From: Fimbriimonadales bacterium
GTDB taxonomy: Bacteria > Armatimonadota > Fimbriimonadia > Fimbriimonadales > JABRVX01
Length of the DNA: 10,502 bases
Direction: 5' to 3'
NCBI GenBank assembly: GCA_045862955.1
Contig: BTVI01000068.1
Span: forward strand, 1 to 10,502
This document shows positions 1 to 8,138 of the stretch, in pieces. The notes under the pieces were generated by a model. The model had not been told where the DNA came from, searched no databases, and saw only the letters and a program-made list of their open reading frames with translations. A program made the position numbers and the translations under genes. How positions within the stretch are numbered: position 1 is the first letter of the stretch; the number at the start of each line of letters is the position of its first letter.

Positions 1-198
1 GTTATCGACGAGAAGGCCGAAACCCTGCGCCTGGAGGGCGACGTCCGAATGATCGCCAGCAACGGCGACGACCTGACAGTGGAGTGGATCCTGCTCTCGA
101 TCAAAGAAGACGAGGAGGAGGAGTTCGAGACCGGCCCCGGCGTCTCCGAGCTGCCGGAAAAGGTCCGCCGCGAGATTCCCGACTCCGACCGCCGGTAA
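1..198 (+). CDS. 3' end of a gene truncated by the window edge; possibly LptA/LptC/OstA-like beta-jellyroll protein
   Basis: Frame 1 is open from base 1 to TAA at 196-198 with strongly G/C-ending codons: VIDEKAETLRLEGDVRMIASNGDDLTVEWILLSIKEDEEEEFETGPGVSELPEKVRREIPDSDRR*. 'ETLRLEGDVRM...GDDLT..I' resembles the 'L.L.GNV.....G..L....I' strands of OstA/LptA-family proteins. The coding call is firm; the family call is weak. Confidence 0.55.
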   Translation, partial: VIDEKAETLRLEGDVRMIASNGDDLTVEWILLSIKEDEEEEFETGPGVSELPEKVRREIPDSDRR

Positions 199-199
199 T

Positions 200-216
200 T
201 CCGCCGTCCCGGCGGA
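200..216 (+). terminator. GC-rich hairpin right after the stop codon (possible terminator or 3' stabiliser, no U-tract)
   Basis: TCCGCCG (200-206), loop TCC, CGGCGGA (210-216): perfect 7-bp stem starting just after TAA. Confidence 0.35.
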
Positions 217-222
217 CAGCTC

Positions 223-747
223 ATCTCTCCCCCCGCCATCGGGTGGAGAGCGGCGTAAAGTGGGGTCCAGGCTGCGGCGCCCTCCATCCGAGGGCGGATG
301 GAGGGATTGGCGATCAACCTATCTCTCCACCCGCCATCGGGTGGAGAGCGGTGTAAAGTGGGGTCCAGGCCGCGGCGCCCTCCATCCGAGGGCGGATGGA
401 GGGATTGGCGATCAACCCATCTCTCCACCCGCCATCGGGTGGAGAGCGGTGCAAGGCGGGGTCCAGGCTGCGGCGCCCTCCATCCGAGGGCGGATGGAGG
501 GATAGGAGATCCCCGACTCTGACCGCCGGTCATTCCGCCGTCCAGCCAGCTCAGCTTATCTCTCCCCCCGCCATCGGGTGGAGAGCGGTGTAAAGCGGGG
601 TCCAGGCCACGGCGCCCTCCATCCGAGGGCGGATGGAGGGATTGGCGATCAACCTATCTCTCCACCCGCCATCGGGTGGAGAGCAACGCAAAGTGGGGTC
701 CACGCGGCGGCGTCCTCCACCCGAGGGCGGATGGAGGGATTGGAGAT
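223..747. repeat. Array of five ~98-bp double-hairpin units (REP/BIME/REPIN-like) between convergent genes
   Basis: Units start at 223, 321, 419, 558 and 656 (98-bp period within each block). Unit = hairpin A CTCTCCACCCG-CCAT-CGGGTGGAGAG + 29-nt linker + hairpin B CCCTCCATCCG-AGGG-CGGATGGAGGG + 17-nt linker ATTGGCGATCAACCTAT. Confidence 0.92.
506..557 (+). repeat. Degenerate duplicate of 172-222 (last codons, stop and hairpin of the upstream gene)
   Basis: 172-: GAGATTCCCGACTCCGACCGCCGGTAATTCCGCCGTCC; 506-: GAGATCCCCGACTCTGACCGCCGGTCATTCCGCCGTCC. Three mismatches in 38 nt, including TAA to TCA. Confidence 0.9.
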
Positions 748-812
748 GCACGCAAAGATTCCGCAGAGGTCGCGAAGTCGAACGCACCGAATCAAGGCCG
801 CGGCTGTCTAGG

Positions 813-3113
813 CTAGGTCAGAGTGAAGACCCTGCTCTCACCGGGACCGAGCACCACGGGTTTCCCACGCACCGCCAGCTCTACGCTACTACTCGCGCGC
901 TCGTCGACCGAGACGTGCAGACTTTGGTGGGTGATATGGAAGCGCAGCTCCTGCCCTCGGTAAACCACGCCAAAGGATAGAGACTTCCATCGCTGAGGTA
1001 ACTGCGGGTCCACGGTTAGCCCGCGCTCGGACAGGAACACCCCACCGAAACCGGACACCGCAGCCAGCCACGCGCCACCCGACGCCGTGCCGTGGATCCC
1101 ATCGTTCACGTCGTGACGGCCGGTTAGCGACTCGTCTAGGTCCTCTCCCGCGCTAATCATGAACTGCTCGTAAGCATAGTCCATGTCACCCATCAGCTTG
1201 CCCATGATCGAGTTGATTACGAAGCTCATGGAGCTGAAGTTCATGCAACGCTCTTTGTAGTACTCGTAGTTCGCGCGCAGCACCTTGTCCGGAAACTCGT
1301 CCCGGAACATCACCAAAGCCATCACCACATCGGGCTGGTGGATAGCTTGATAGGGAAAGACCGGCGTCCACCACTCCTTGCGTTTTTCTAGCAAGTCCTC
1401 CGGAATAGGTAACAATCGGTGGAAGCCTCGATACTGCTCGATCAAGCCGCTTTCGGCATCCAGGAGGTACACGATGCGCGCTGCCACGTGGGACCACTCA
1501 CGAATCTCGTCATCAGTCACTCCCATCTCGCTCATCACCCGAGAGTAGTCCTCCGCCCGCTCCTTCGAGAGCAGTCGAAGCACATCCACCGTCCACTCCA
1601 ACGTCTTGCGTGCGAGAATGTTCGTGTAGAAGTTGTCCGTACTCTCGCAATGCCCCTCATCCGGGCCCGCGACGCCGTCGAAGTGATACGTATCCGATTC
1701 GGGATCGTGCGTCGCGCGTGACACGTAGAACCGGGAGAACTCGACTAACATCTCGATTCCCTGGTGAGCGAGAAAGTCGATGTCATGTGTCGCATACCAG
1801 TACTGCATCAGGCTATACGCCACGTCCCCATTGATGTGGATGTTCGTCAGCGTATATCGCCACCAGTAGCCCAGTTCCTCCTCGCCGTAAGGACCTGCCT
1901 GCCACGCGAGCTTGGCCCCCTTCCAGCCGAAGCGCTTGGCTATGGTCCGACCCGGCTCCAGGCCCACGTAACGGTAGTTCAGGCAGGCGCGTGCAATTTG
2001 CGGCCAAGTGAACAGGAACACCGGTTCGATGTACAGGTCGGTATCATAGAAGACCGTTCCCTGATACCACTCGCCGGTCAGCAACTTGCACGGTATGCTG
2101 AGCTTATCGCTGTGCCTCGGTGCAGCACTGATAAGGTGCATCATACAAAACCGAAGGTAGAGCTGTGCGAGGTCGTCGCCTTCGATCTGGACGTCCATAC
2201 GTTGCCAGGCAGCATCCCACCACTGGCTGTTAGCTACTAGTGCTGCGTCATAACCTTCGGCGCGCGCGGCGCGCAGCTCGGACATCTCGTCGCACGCAGC
2301 ACCATGCCGAGCATCCTCGTCGCTGCCCACGGCGATGAACTTCGTCACTCGAACAGGCACACCGACGCTCGCAGTCACGCGATGCACCGAATAAACCTCT
2401 GAGTCGAGCAGCAACGATTCGTCTGGGTCGAGTCCGTCCACTTCGGTGGCCACCGCCATACGAACGTGTTGCCCTTTCAGATAAGTGCGTGAATCCAGCC
2501 TGCACACACCGGCCTCTGCCCACGCACCTACCACCTCGTACTGCTTGTCCTCTTTAAGGTTGGAGCGAATCGTGCCGTCTATCCCGCTCTCGATCCGAAT
2601 CTCCTCGCTATAGTCGAGCGGCGTGACGGTGTAACGAACGTAGGCACGATGCGGGAAGCGCATGTCGCAGAAGCGCTCCGTCTCGACTCGCGTGGTGCGT
2701 CCGCGTTCGTCCTCGATCTCATAGCGATAAGCGTACACTCCCCGCCGAAGGTCGTACACCTGGCGAAATCCCGAGACAGTGCCACGTCGGAAGCTCAGCT
2801 CTCGGTTGCCGACGAAAACACGCAGCATCAGCGGATCGGGCAGGTTAGCGATCGATGGGTTGGGACCCGCATCGTCGAAGTACTTCGGGTCGAAGTGCCG
2901 CCGCTCGTAGCTCACCGGGCGCACAAAAGCGAAGTAGTCGGCGTGGCCGAAGACCGCCGCTACGAATGTGGAGGGGTGCCTGCCGGTACGGTTCTCCAGC
3001 AAGTTGCCCTTCAGGGCGAGGTAGCCGTTGCAGACAGTGAAGACGGTGTTGGCACTCTCGATGGCTCGTTCAGAGGGGTCGGTCTTGACGACGGTCCAGG
3101 TGTCGCGCTGCAT
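813..3113 (-). CDS. Glycoside hydrolase family 65 protein (maltose/trehalose/kojibiose phosphorylase family), ~766 aa
   Basis: GH65 motifs in order: FTVCNGYLALKG, KLLTGEWYQGTVFYDTD, IHINGDVAY, GVAGPDE (general-acid Glu), DNFYTN, HQPDVV, FSSMS, GIHGTASGGAW, C-terminal PQLPQRWKSLSF. Start moved from the track's TTG (3200) to ATG 3113 because GGAGG lies 6 nt upstream (CCTCC at 3120-3124 on +). No signal peptide. Confidence 0.93.
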   Translation of the reverse strand: MQRDTWTVVKTDPSERAIESANTVFTVCNGYLALKGNLLENRTGRHPSTFVAAVFGHADYFAFVRPVSYERRHFDPKYFDDAGPNPSIANLPDPLMLRVFVGNRELSFRRGTVSGFRQVYDLRRGVYAYRYEIEDERGRTTRVETERFCDMRFPHRAYVRYTVTPLDYSEEIRIESGIDGTIRSNLKEDKQYEVVGAWAEAGVCRLDSRTYLKGQHVRMAVATEVDGLDPDESLLLDSEVYSVHRVTASVGVPVRVTKFIAVGSDEDARHGAACDEMSELRAARAEGYDAALVANSQWWDAAWQRMDVQIEGDDLAQLYLRFCMMHLISAAPRHSDKLSIPCKLLTGEWYQGTVFYDTDLYIEPVFLFTWPQIARACLNYRYVGLEPGRTIAKRFGWKGAKLAWQAGPYGEEELGYWWRYTLTNIHINGDVAYSLMQYWYATHDIDFLAHQGIEMLVEFSRFYVSRATHDPESDTYHFDGVAGPDEGHCESTDNFYTNILARKTLEWTVDVLRLLSKERAEDYSRVMSEMGVTDDEIREWSHVAARIVYLLDAESGLIEQYRGFHRLLPIPEDLLEKRKEWWTPVFPYQAIHQPDVVMALVMFRDEFPDKVLRANYEYYKERCMNFSSMSFVINSIMGKLMGDMDYAYEQFMISAGEDLDESLTGRHDVNDGIHGTASGGAWLAAVSGFGGVFLSERGLTVDPQLPQRWKSLSFGVVYRGQELRFHITHQSLHVSVDERASSSVELAVRGKPVVLGPGESRVFTLT

Positions 3114-3220
3114 GGGGAACCTCCGGGCGCTTTGTACCCCGACCTGCCGCATATCATGGCACGGCCCCAACTCGCAGACGCTCTCTTCCGTGTGGGACAA
3201 TCGGCGTTGGAGAGGAGTGA
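3114..3220. promoter_or_regulatory. Divergent promoter region for GH65 and the nif3-like gene
   Basis: 107-bp gap between divergent starts. Candidate extended -10 boxes: TG-G-GACAAT (3193-3201, +) and TG-C-CATGAT (3161-3153, -). SD AGGAG at 3213-3218. The boxes are non-consensus guesses. Confidence 0.35.
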
Positions 3221-4309
3221 ATGGCAGAAGTCACGATTCGAGATGTCGAGCAGGTCATCGAGCGCTGGGCGCCACCGGATACCGCGATGCCGGGCGATCC
3301 GGTGGGTCACCAGGTCGGGGAACGCGATCGCACGGTCCATGCAGTGGCCGTCGCTCTGGACGCGAGCCCCACACAGGTCCAGAGGGCCGCGAGCGAAGGC
3401 TGCGGCCTACTCGTGAGCCATCACCCGCTCATCTACCGACCGTTGTCTCGCGTAGACCCGAGCGATCCCGTCGGCCGCAGCGTCTCTCTTCTCTGTCGCA
3501 ACGAGATCGCTCTATACGTGGCGCATACCAACTGGGACATGGCGCCTGGCGGCGTGAACGATGCACTAGCCGCTGTCCTCGATCTGCGAAATCTCCAACC
3601 CTTCGCGCCGCAGGGAGCACGAAGGTTCGTCAAGTTCGTCACCTTCGTACCACGAGCCGATGTGCAACGCGTGCTCGACGCTCTCTCGCTGGCCGGAGCG
3701 GGGGAGATCGGTCTGTACCGCCGCTGCGCTTTCTTCCATCCGGGCACCGGTACCTTCGAACCCCTGCCCGGTGCCAAGCCTGCGATCGGTGAAGTTGGCA
3801 CGAGAGAGGAAGTCGAGGAGTACCGCCTAGAGACGGTTGCACCGGAGGCGAACGTGCGCGAGCTGGTCGGAGCGCTGCGCGAGTCGCACCCTTACGAGGA
3901 GCCGGCATTCGATATTCTGTCCGTGCGTTCCGGACCCGAGCTATTCCTGGGTCGCGTGGGCGACCTGCCCAGTCCGCAGAAGCCGGAGGCGTTCGTGGCA
4001 CTCGTCGGTCAGCGGCTGGGCTGCACGGCACGCTGGCTGGGTGCGTCCAAGGAGCGAGTCGGGCGCGTCGCGGTGGTCGGCGGCTCGGGAGGCGATTTGG
4101 TTGCAGAGGCTGCCGCGGCGGGCGCCGATGCGCTGCTCACCGGCGAGCTGAGGCATCACCAACTCATCGAGGCGTACGAGCGAGGCCTCGGCATCGTAGA
4201 CGCAACGCACGCGGCGACGGAGCAACCCGGCGTCGAGGCTCTGGCCCGACGGGTCGAATCGCACTTCGCGGGTCGCGTACGAGTACACTGTTTGGCTCCG
4301 TCGGAATAA
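3221..4309 (+). CDS. Nif3-like dinuclear metal-centre hexameric protein (YqfO/YbgI, DUF34) with central PII-like insert, 362 aa
   Basis: Motifs WAP....PGDPVGHQVG, VAVALDA, LLVSHHPLIY, LYVAHTNWD..PGGVNDALA, PII-like insert KFVTFVP...AGAGEIGLYRRCAF...GTGTFEPLPGAKPAIGEVG...HPYEEPAFD, and C-terminal GGSG, TGELRHH, DATHAATE. ATG preceded by an AG-rich SD. Confidence 0.95.
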   Translation: MAEVTIRDVEQVIERWAPPDTAMPGDPVGHQVGERDRTVHAVAVALDASPTQVQRAASEGCGLLVSHHPLIYRPLSRVDPSDPVGRSVSLLCRNEIALYVAHTNWDMAPGGVNDALAAVLDLRNLQPFAPQGARRFVKFVTFVPRADVQRVLDALSLAGAGEIGLYRRCAFFHPGTGTFEPLPGAKPAIGEVGTREEVEEYRLETVAPEANVRELVGALRESHPYEEPAFDILSVRSGPELFLGRVGDLPSPQKPEAFVALVGQRLGCTARWLGASKERVGRVAVVGGSGGDLVAEAAAAGADALLTGELRHHQLIEAYERGLGIVDATHAATEQPGVEALARRVESHFAGRVRVHCLAPSE

Positions 4310-4473
4310 ACGCATTCGCTCGCCACTTATTGCCATTCACTGCGAGTAGCGGGTAAACATTGTAGGAATATGTCTGCCGACCGGAGAAGGACGCTAAGTC
4401 AGTGCGTGCCTTCCGGGCCGACGGAAGCCGATCTTGCCGGCAGGCCACCGGCACAAGAAGGAGCTGTGGATCG
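4310..4473 (+). promoter_or_regulatory. Intergenic promoter/leader of the surface-protein operon
   Basis: AT-richer stretch with -35-like TTGCCA (4330-4335) and weak -10-like TAAACA (4354-4359), then several stems (4372-4458) and SD AAGGAG (4458-4463). Confidence 0.35.
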
Positions 4474-6885
4474 ATGAGCAAAGGAATGTTCAAGGTGGCT
4501 GTCCGCCTCCAGTGGCTGCTTGCCTTCGTGACGCTGCCTGTCGTGGGCCTCAGCGTCCCGTCGGTCACCATCAACTCACCAACCGCTACCGGAACGATCG
4601 GTGGAGACGTACGCGTCAGCTTTACGCTGAGTGGTGGTGTGGGCACCATGAACTGGGTGGTGGAGGTTCGCTCCGCGAACGCAGGTTTGGGTTACACCAA
4701 CGTCGCGAGCGGCTCGGCCACCAACAGCACGGTAAGTGCCACCTGGAGCTCGGCTGGCGGCGGGTTCCCCGATGCGAACGACTATGAGATCCGCGTCACC
4801 GCCACCGATACCGTACCTTCGACCGGTCAGAACTCCGTTACCGGCGTCGTTCTCAACAACACCACGTACATTCGGCTAGACCACCCGACCGAGAGCGCGA
4901 CCGTCGGTGGCCTAGTGCGCGCGGTCGGAGCGGCCGGCGATAACTGGAGCCTGCGCTGGGACGGCCTCACGAACGCCGCGACTGGCTCCGCCGGGAACAT
5001 TAACAACGATTTGAACTCCACCTCCCTCACGGACGGGCCTCATACCCTCGTCCTCACCGTCACCAACCAGTTCGGCGATGTCAGCACTCTGACCCGCGCG
5101 CTGGCCGTGCGTAACAACGTGGACCCGGTTGTCAAGATCACCGCACCCGCTGAGAACGCCGGCGTTAAGGGCACGGTCAAGATCACCGGTTCCGCGCGCC
5201 ATCCGGATGCCTCGGCCAACGTCACACTGCGCACCGACTTGGGGGCGACGCTCTACAGCGGAGTCGGCTCCGTACACACGATCAATGTAGATTGGGACAC
5301 GGTGGCGCAGGGTGTTCCGGACGGGCTGCGCACGCTGACACTTCTGCTAACCGACGCTTCCGGCAACGAGAATCGTGCAGTGGTCAACGTCACGTTGGAC
5401 AACACCGGACCGCAAGTCTCGTTCAGCGTGACTCCGACCCCCGGCGGTTTCGGCAAGGGTTCGCTGGACATATCCGGAACAGTGACGGACACCAATCTGG
5501 ACCGGTGGAACATCACCGTGGACGGCGGCACCTCGGGGGTCTTCCCCAGCTCCGGCACCACGAGCGAGATATCATCCAGGTGGAACACCCAACTGTACTC
5601 CGAGGGCTCCCATGTCGTTCGCGTCGTTGCGTTCGACAAGTCCGGCAACCAGGGCTCCAGCCAGGTGACCGTTATTACCGACAACATCAAGCCCACCGCC
5701 AGCCTGACGGCCCCTCCGGCCAACACGGTCGTCAAAGGCGGCAACATCGCAATCGAAGGGACCGCCAACGACGCGAACTTCGACCGATGGGAGCTAGCGG
5801 TAGATGACGGAACCACCGGGCTCAGCAACCCGTCCGGCACTACCACTACCGTCAGCTCAAACCTCGACACCACGGCACTCGGCGAAGGAAAGCATGATAT
5901 CAAGCTGACCGCATTCGACAAGGCCGGGAATACCCAAGAGGCCATCGTATCGTTCAACATTGACAAGAGCGCCCCCAGCGTGGACCTCACTGCGCCGCTC
6001 GCGGATGCGTTCGTGCGGGGCATCGCGCCAATCACCGGCACCGTGATCGACTCCAATCTCGATACCTGGACCGTCAGGATCGACGGTGTGGTGGACATCC
6101 CCAGTAACACGGGCACCGCCGGCTCTATCAGTGTTGATTGGGACACTCGCGTCCGAGTAGGCGGCGTCCGGAAGTTCCCCGACGGCCCCCACACGATAGA
6201 CGTTACCGCTCGCGACAAAGCCGGTAACGTGGCGACGCTGGTTCGCAACGTCAAGGTCGACAACACTAGCCCGTCGATCGAGAACATCCTGCCCGAGGCA
6301 GACTCCTTCGTTGGCGAGAACGTGCTCATCACCGCTAACGTCGTCGAGCAGAATCTCGACAAGTGGACAGTCACGGTGGACGGCGAAGACCTCGATGGAG
6401 GCACAGGTAACTCCTCTGCCATCGAAGTGGATTGGAACACCTCTTCTTACAGCGAAGGCCGACACACGATACAGATAGTGGCAACGGACAAGGCGGGCAA
6501 CAGCGAAACGAAGACGGTCTCCGTCACCATTGACCGAACCGCACCGCAAGTGTTCATCCGCTATCCGTTCAATAACTTCGTCGTGGCACCTTACACGAAT
6601 CTGCTCGTCATAGTGGACATCACCGACCTGAGCGACCTCAGCGTGGACGAGGAATCGCTCTCGGTGGTTCTTCGCGGACCGCGAAACAACGTGGTAGCCA
6701 AGGCCGATAAGCTGTCTTCCACGAAGCTTGCCGCTGGCAACGGAATCCGCTGGACAGGACAGCTCAACGTCGGCAAAGGCGGAGGCAAGGTGGGTGACAA
6801 GTTCACTCTAGAGGCAACAGCCATGGACAAGGCGGGTAACGGACCGGCTACCGCGAAAAAGACCATCTTCATTCGCTTCCAGTAA
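4474..6885 (+). CDS. Exported protein of ~8 tandem bacterial Ig-like (Big) domains, ~803 aa
   Basis: ATG 4474 follows SD AAGGAG (preferred over the track's GTG 4402). N-terminus MSKGMFKVAVRLQWLLAFVTLPVVGLS is signal-peptide-like. A ~95-aa repeat recurs: V.ITAP...G...I.G...D.N.D.W...VDG...W(D/N)T....(D/E)G.H.I.V.A.DKAGN...V..DNT.P. Thr/Val/Gly/Asn-rich, no Cys in the mature part, no recognisable catalytic domain or wall anchor. Confidence 0.88.
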   Translation: MSKGMFKVAVRLQWLLAFVTLPVVGLSVPSVTINSPTATGTIGGDVRVSFTLSGGVGTMNWVVEVRSANAGLGYTNVASGSATNSTVSATWSSAGGGFPDANDYEIRVTATDTVPSTGQNSVTGVVLNNTTYIRLDHPTESATVGGLVRAVGAAGDNWSLRWDGLTNAATGSAGNINNDLNSTSLTDGPHTLVLTVTNQFGDVSTLTRALAVRNNVDPVVKITAPAENAGVKGTVKITGSARHPDASANVTLRTDLGATLYSGVGSVHTINVDWDTVAQGVPDGLRTLTLLLTDASGNENRAVVNVTLDNTGPQVSFSVTPTPGGFGKGSLDISGTVTDTNLDRWNITVDGGTSGVFPSSGTTSEISSRWNTQLYSEGSHVVRVVAFDKSGNQGSSQVTVITDNIKPTASLTAPPANTVVKGGNIAIEGTANDANFDRWELAVDDGTTGLSNPSGTTTTVSSNLDTTALGEGKHDIKLTAFDKAGNTQEAIVSFNIDKSAPSVDLTAPLADAFVRGIAPITGTVIDSNLDTWTVRIDGVVDIPSNTGTAGSISVDWDTRVRVGGVRKFPDGPHTIDVTARDKAGNVATLVRNVKVDNTSPSIENILPEADSFVGENVLITANVVEQNLDKWTVTVDGEDLDGGTGNSSAIEVDWNTSSYSEGRHTIQIVATDKAGNSETKTVSVTIDRTAPQVFIRYPFNNFVVAPYTNLLVIVDITDLSDLSVDEESLSVVLRGPRNNVVAKADKLSSTKLAAGNGIRWTGQLNVGKGGGKVGDKFTLEATAMDKAGNGPATAKKTIFIRFQ

Positions 6886-6911
6886 TCAGGACCGTTACCG
6901 CAAGGAGGGAG

Positions 6912-8108
6912 ATGAACAGGATGAAGCAAGCAAGGATGCTGAAGCTGGTCGGCATGGCGCTCTGTATCGGCGCGGTAGCCGTGCTGGCACAGAACCCGGG
7001 AGACACCGTGAACTCCCTCAGCATCGGCGGACGCGGCTTCGGTATGGGCGGTGCGTTCGCCGCCATCGCAGACGACGTGACAGCCGCCGCATGGAATCCC
7101 GCGGGCCTCGCGTACCTCACGCGTCCAGAATTTCAGGTCGTGATGCGTACGATGCCGAGTTATGACACCGTCCAGACAGGCAACGCCATCAACCCCACGG
7201 AGCGCACCTCGGGAAGCGCGGGTGCACAACAGGCCGCTTTCGTCGGGCTGGCGATCCCGCTCAAGAACAGCCGCTTCGGAGGGAATGGAAGCCTCGGGTT
7301 GGCCTATTGGCGCGGGGGGTTCTATGAAGAGAACGTGTTCGCTGCTAGGCTCACCAGTGGGGACCCCGACAGCAATCTAGAGATTCGACCCCGCGAGGAG
7401 AACACTCGCCTCGTCACCGACTTCTTTACGCTCTCCTACGGCTTTAAGGTGGGGGGCGACATGAACTTCGGCATCGGTGTGGTGTATGCGCAGCAAAAGC
7501 TGGACTACTCGCTCAGCGAAACCATCGTAGATCCGGCGAACCCGAACAACCCTCTCGGCACTACCGAGAACCAGCTGAGTGAGACGGGAACCGGTGTCGG
7601 GGCTCAAATCGGCATCATGGCGCCGTTCGGCGGAGGCAAGGGTACCTGGGGTCTCACCTATCGCAGCGAGATCGACCTGCAGAACTACGGTGCCGGCGAT
7701 ACCTTCGCAGACAAGATCCCCGCCCGGTTCTCCGCGTCGGCCAGCTATCTGCTTGCTGAGGTTTCGCGCGGCTCTTATCAGGACTTCCTCGTCGGTGCAG
7801 CGCAGATTGACCACTACACCAAGGCGAACACGGGGCTGTCCGACGCACGCGCCGAGACCACGAACTTCGGGCTCGGTCTGCAGTACATGATGTCCATGCG
7901 CAGCTTCTCGCTGCCCATCCGCATCGGCTTCATGACCAACAAGGCCGCCAACGGGGTGCGCTTTGCAGACGAGGACCTATTCACGTTCGGCCTCGGCTTC
8001 CGCCCCAATCGCGGAAACTGGAACCTCGACCTCGATTTCGCGTCTTCTAGCAAGCGGGGCGGGATGGACTTCAGCCTGTCGTTCGCGTATCAGTTCGGAG
8101 AGGAATAG
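6912..8108 (+). CDS. Outer-membrane beta-barrel of the FadL/TodX/PorV (UPF0164) superfamily, ~398 aa
   Basis: Signal peptide ending AVLA|Q; N-terminal signature GGRGFGMGGAFAAIADDVTAAAWNPAGL; alternating amphipathic strands; terminal strand FSLSFAYQF followed by GEE. SD AAGGAGG at 6902-6908 (start could be 6921). Begins 26 nt after the Ig gene stop. Confidence 0.85.
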   Translation: MNRMKQARMLKLVGMALCIGAVAVLAQNPGDTVNSLSIGGRGFGMGGAFAAIADDVTAAAWNPAGLAYLTRPEFQVVMRTMPSYDTVQTGNAINPTERTSGSAGAQQAAFVGLAIPLKNSRFGGNGSLGLAYWRGGFYEENVFAARLTSGDPDSNLEIRPREENTRLVTDFFTLSYGFKVGGDMNFGIGVVYAQQKLDYSLSETIVDPANPNNPLGTTENQLSETGTGVGAQIGIMAPFGGGKGTWGLTYRSEIDLQNYGAGDTFADKIPARFSASASYLLAEVSRGSYQDFLVGAAQIDHYTKANTGLSDARAETTNFGLGLQYMMSMRSFSLPIRIGFMTNKAANGVRFADEDLFTFGLGFRPNRGNWNLDLDFASSSKRGGMDFSLSFAYQFGEE

Positions 8109-8138
8109 CGGCTTGAAGGGCCGTGGGCGGTGATCACC

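Noticed and set aside
223..747. CRISPR array interpretation of the palindromic repeats
   Set aside because: The intervening 29- and 17-nt segments are near-identical between units rather than unique spacers, two repeat types alternate in opposite orientation, and there are no cas genes in the window.
84..980. Short ORFs with repeated peptides (84..356, 260..505, 298..522, 396..593, 551..787, 578..811, 633..980)
   Set aside because: Translations of a 98-bp (non-triplet) repeat that cycle through frames; no SD or coding bias, and conservation follows base pairing rather than codons.
3114..3200. N-terminal extension of GH65 from TTG 3200 (likewise the GTG 4402 extension of the Ig protein)
   Set aside because: Better SD-ATG pairs exist downstream (3113 and 4474), and the extensions would overlap promoter/leader DNA and bury the signal peptide.
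4351..4400. c-di-GMP-I (GEMM) riboswitch-like words GGTAAAC...GGACGCTAAG
   Set aside because: The ~30 nt between them do not form the expected GNRA-capped P2 stem and the downstream receptor stem is not evident.
5253..6440. 395-aa antisense ORF and other long overlapping ORFs (2649..3416, 3028..3792, 5857..6549, 6591..7229, 8169..8888)
   Set aside because: Shadow frames of well-supported genes in GC-rich DNA; no recognisable motifs.
6835..6899. 8-bp inverted repeat GGTAACGG/CCGTTACC spanning the Ig gene stop, next to the barrel SD
   Set aside because: 49-nt loop, does not cover the SD, and one arm is dictated by the GNG codons; plausible by chance.
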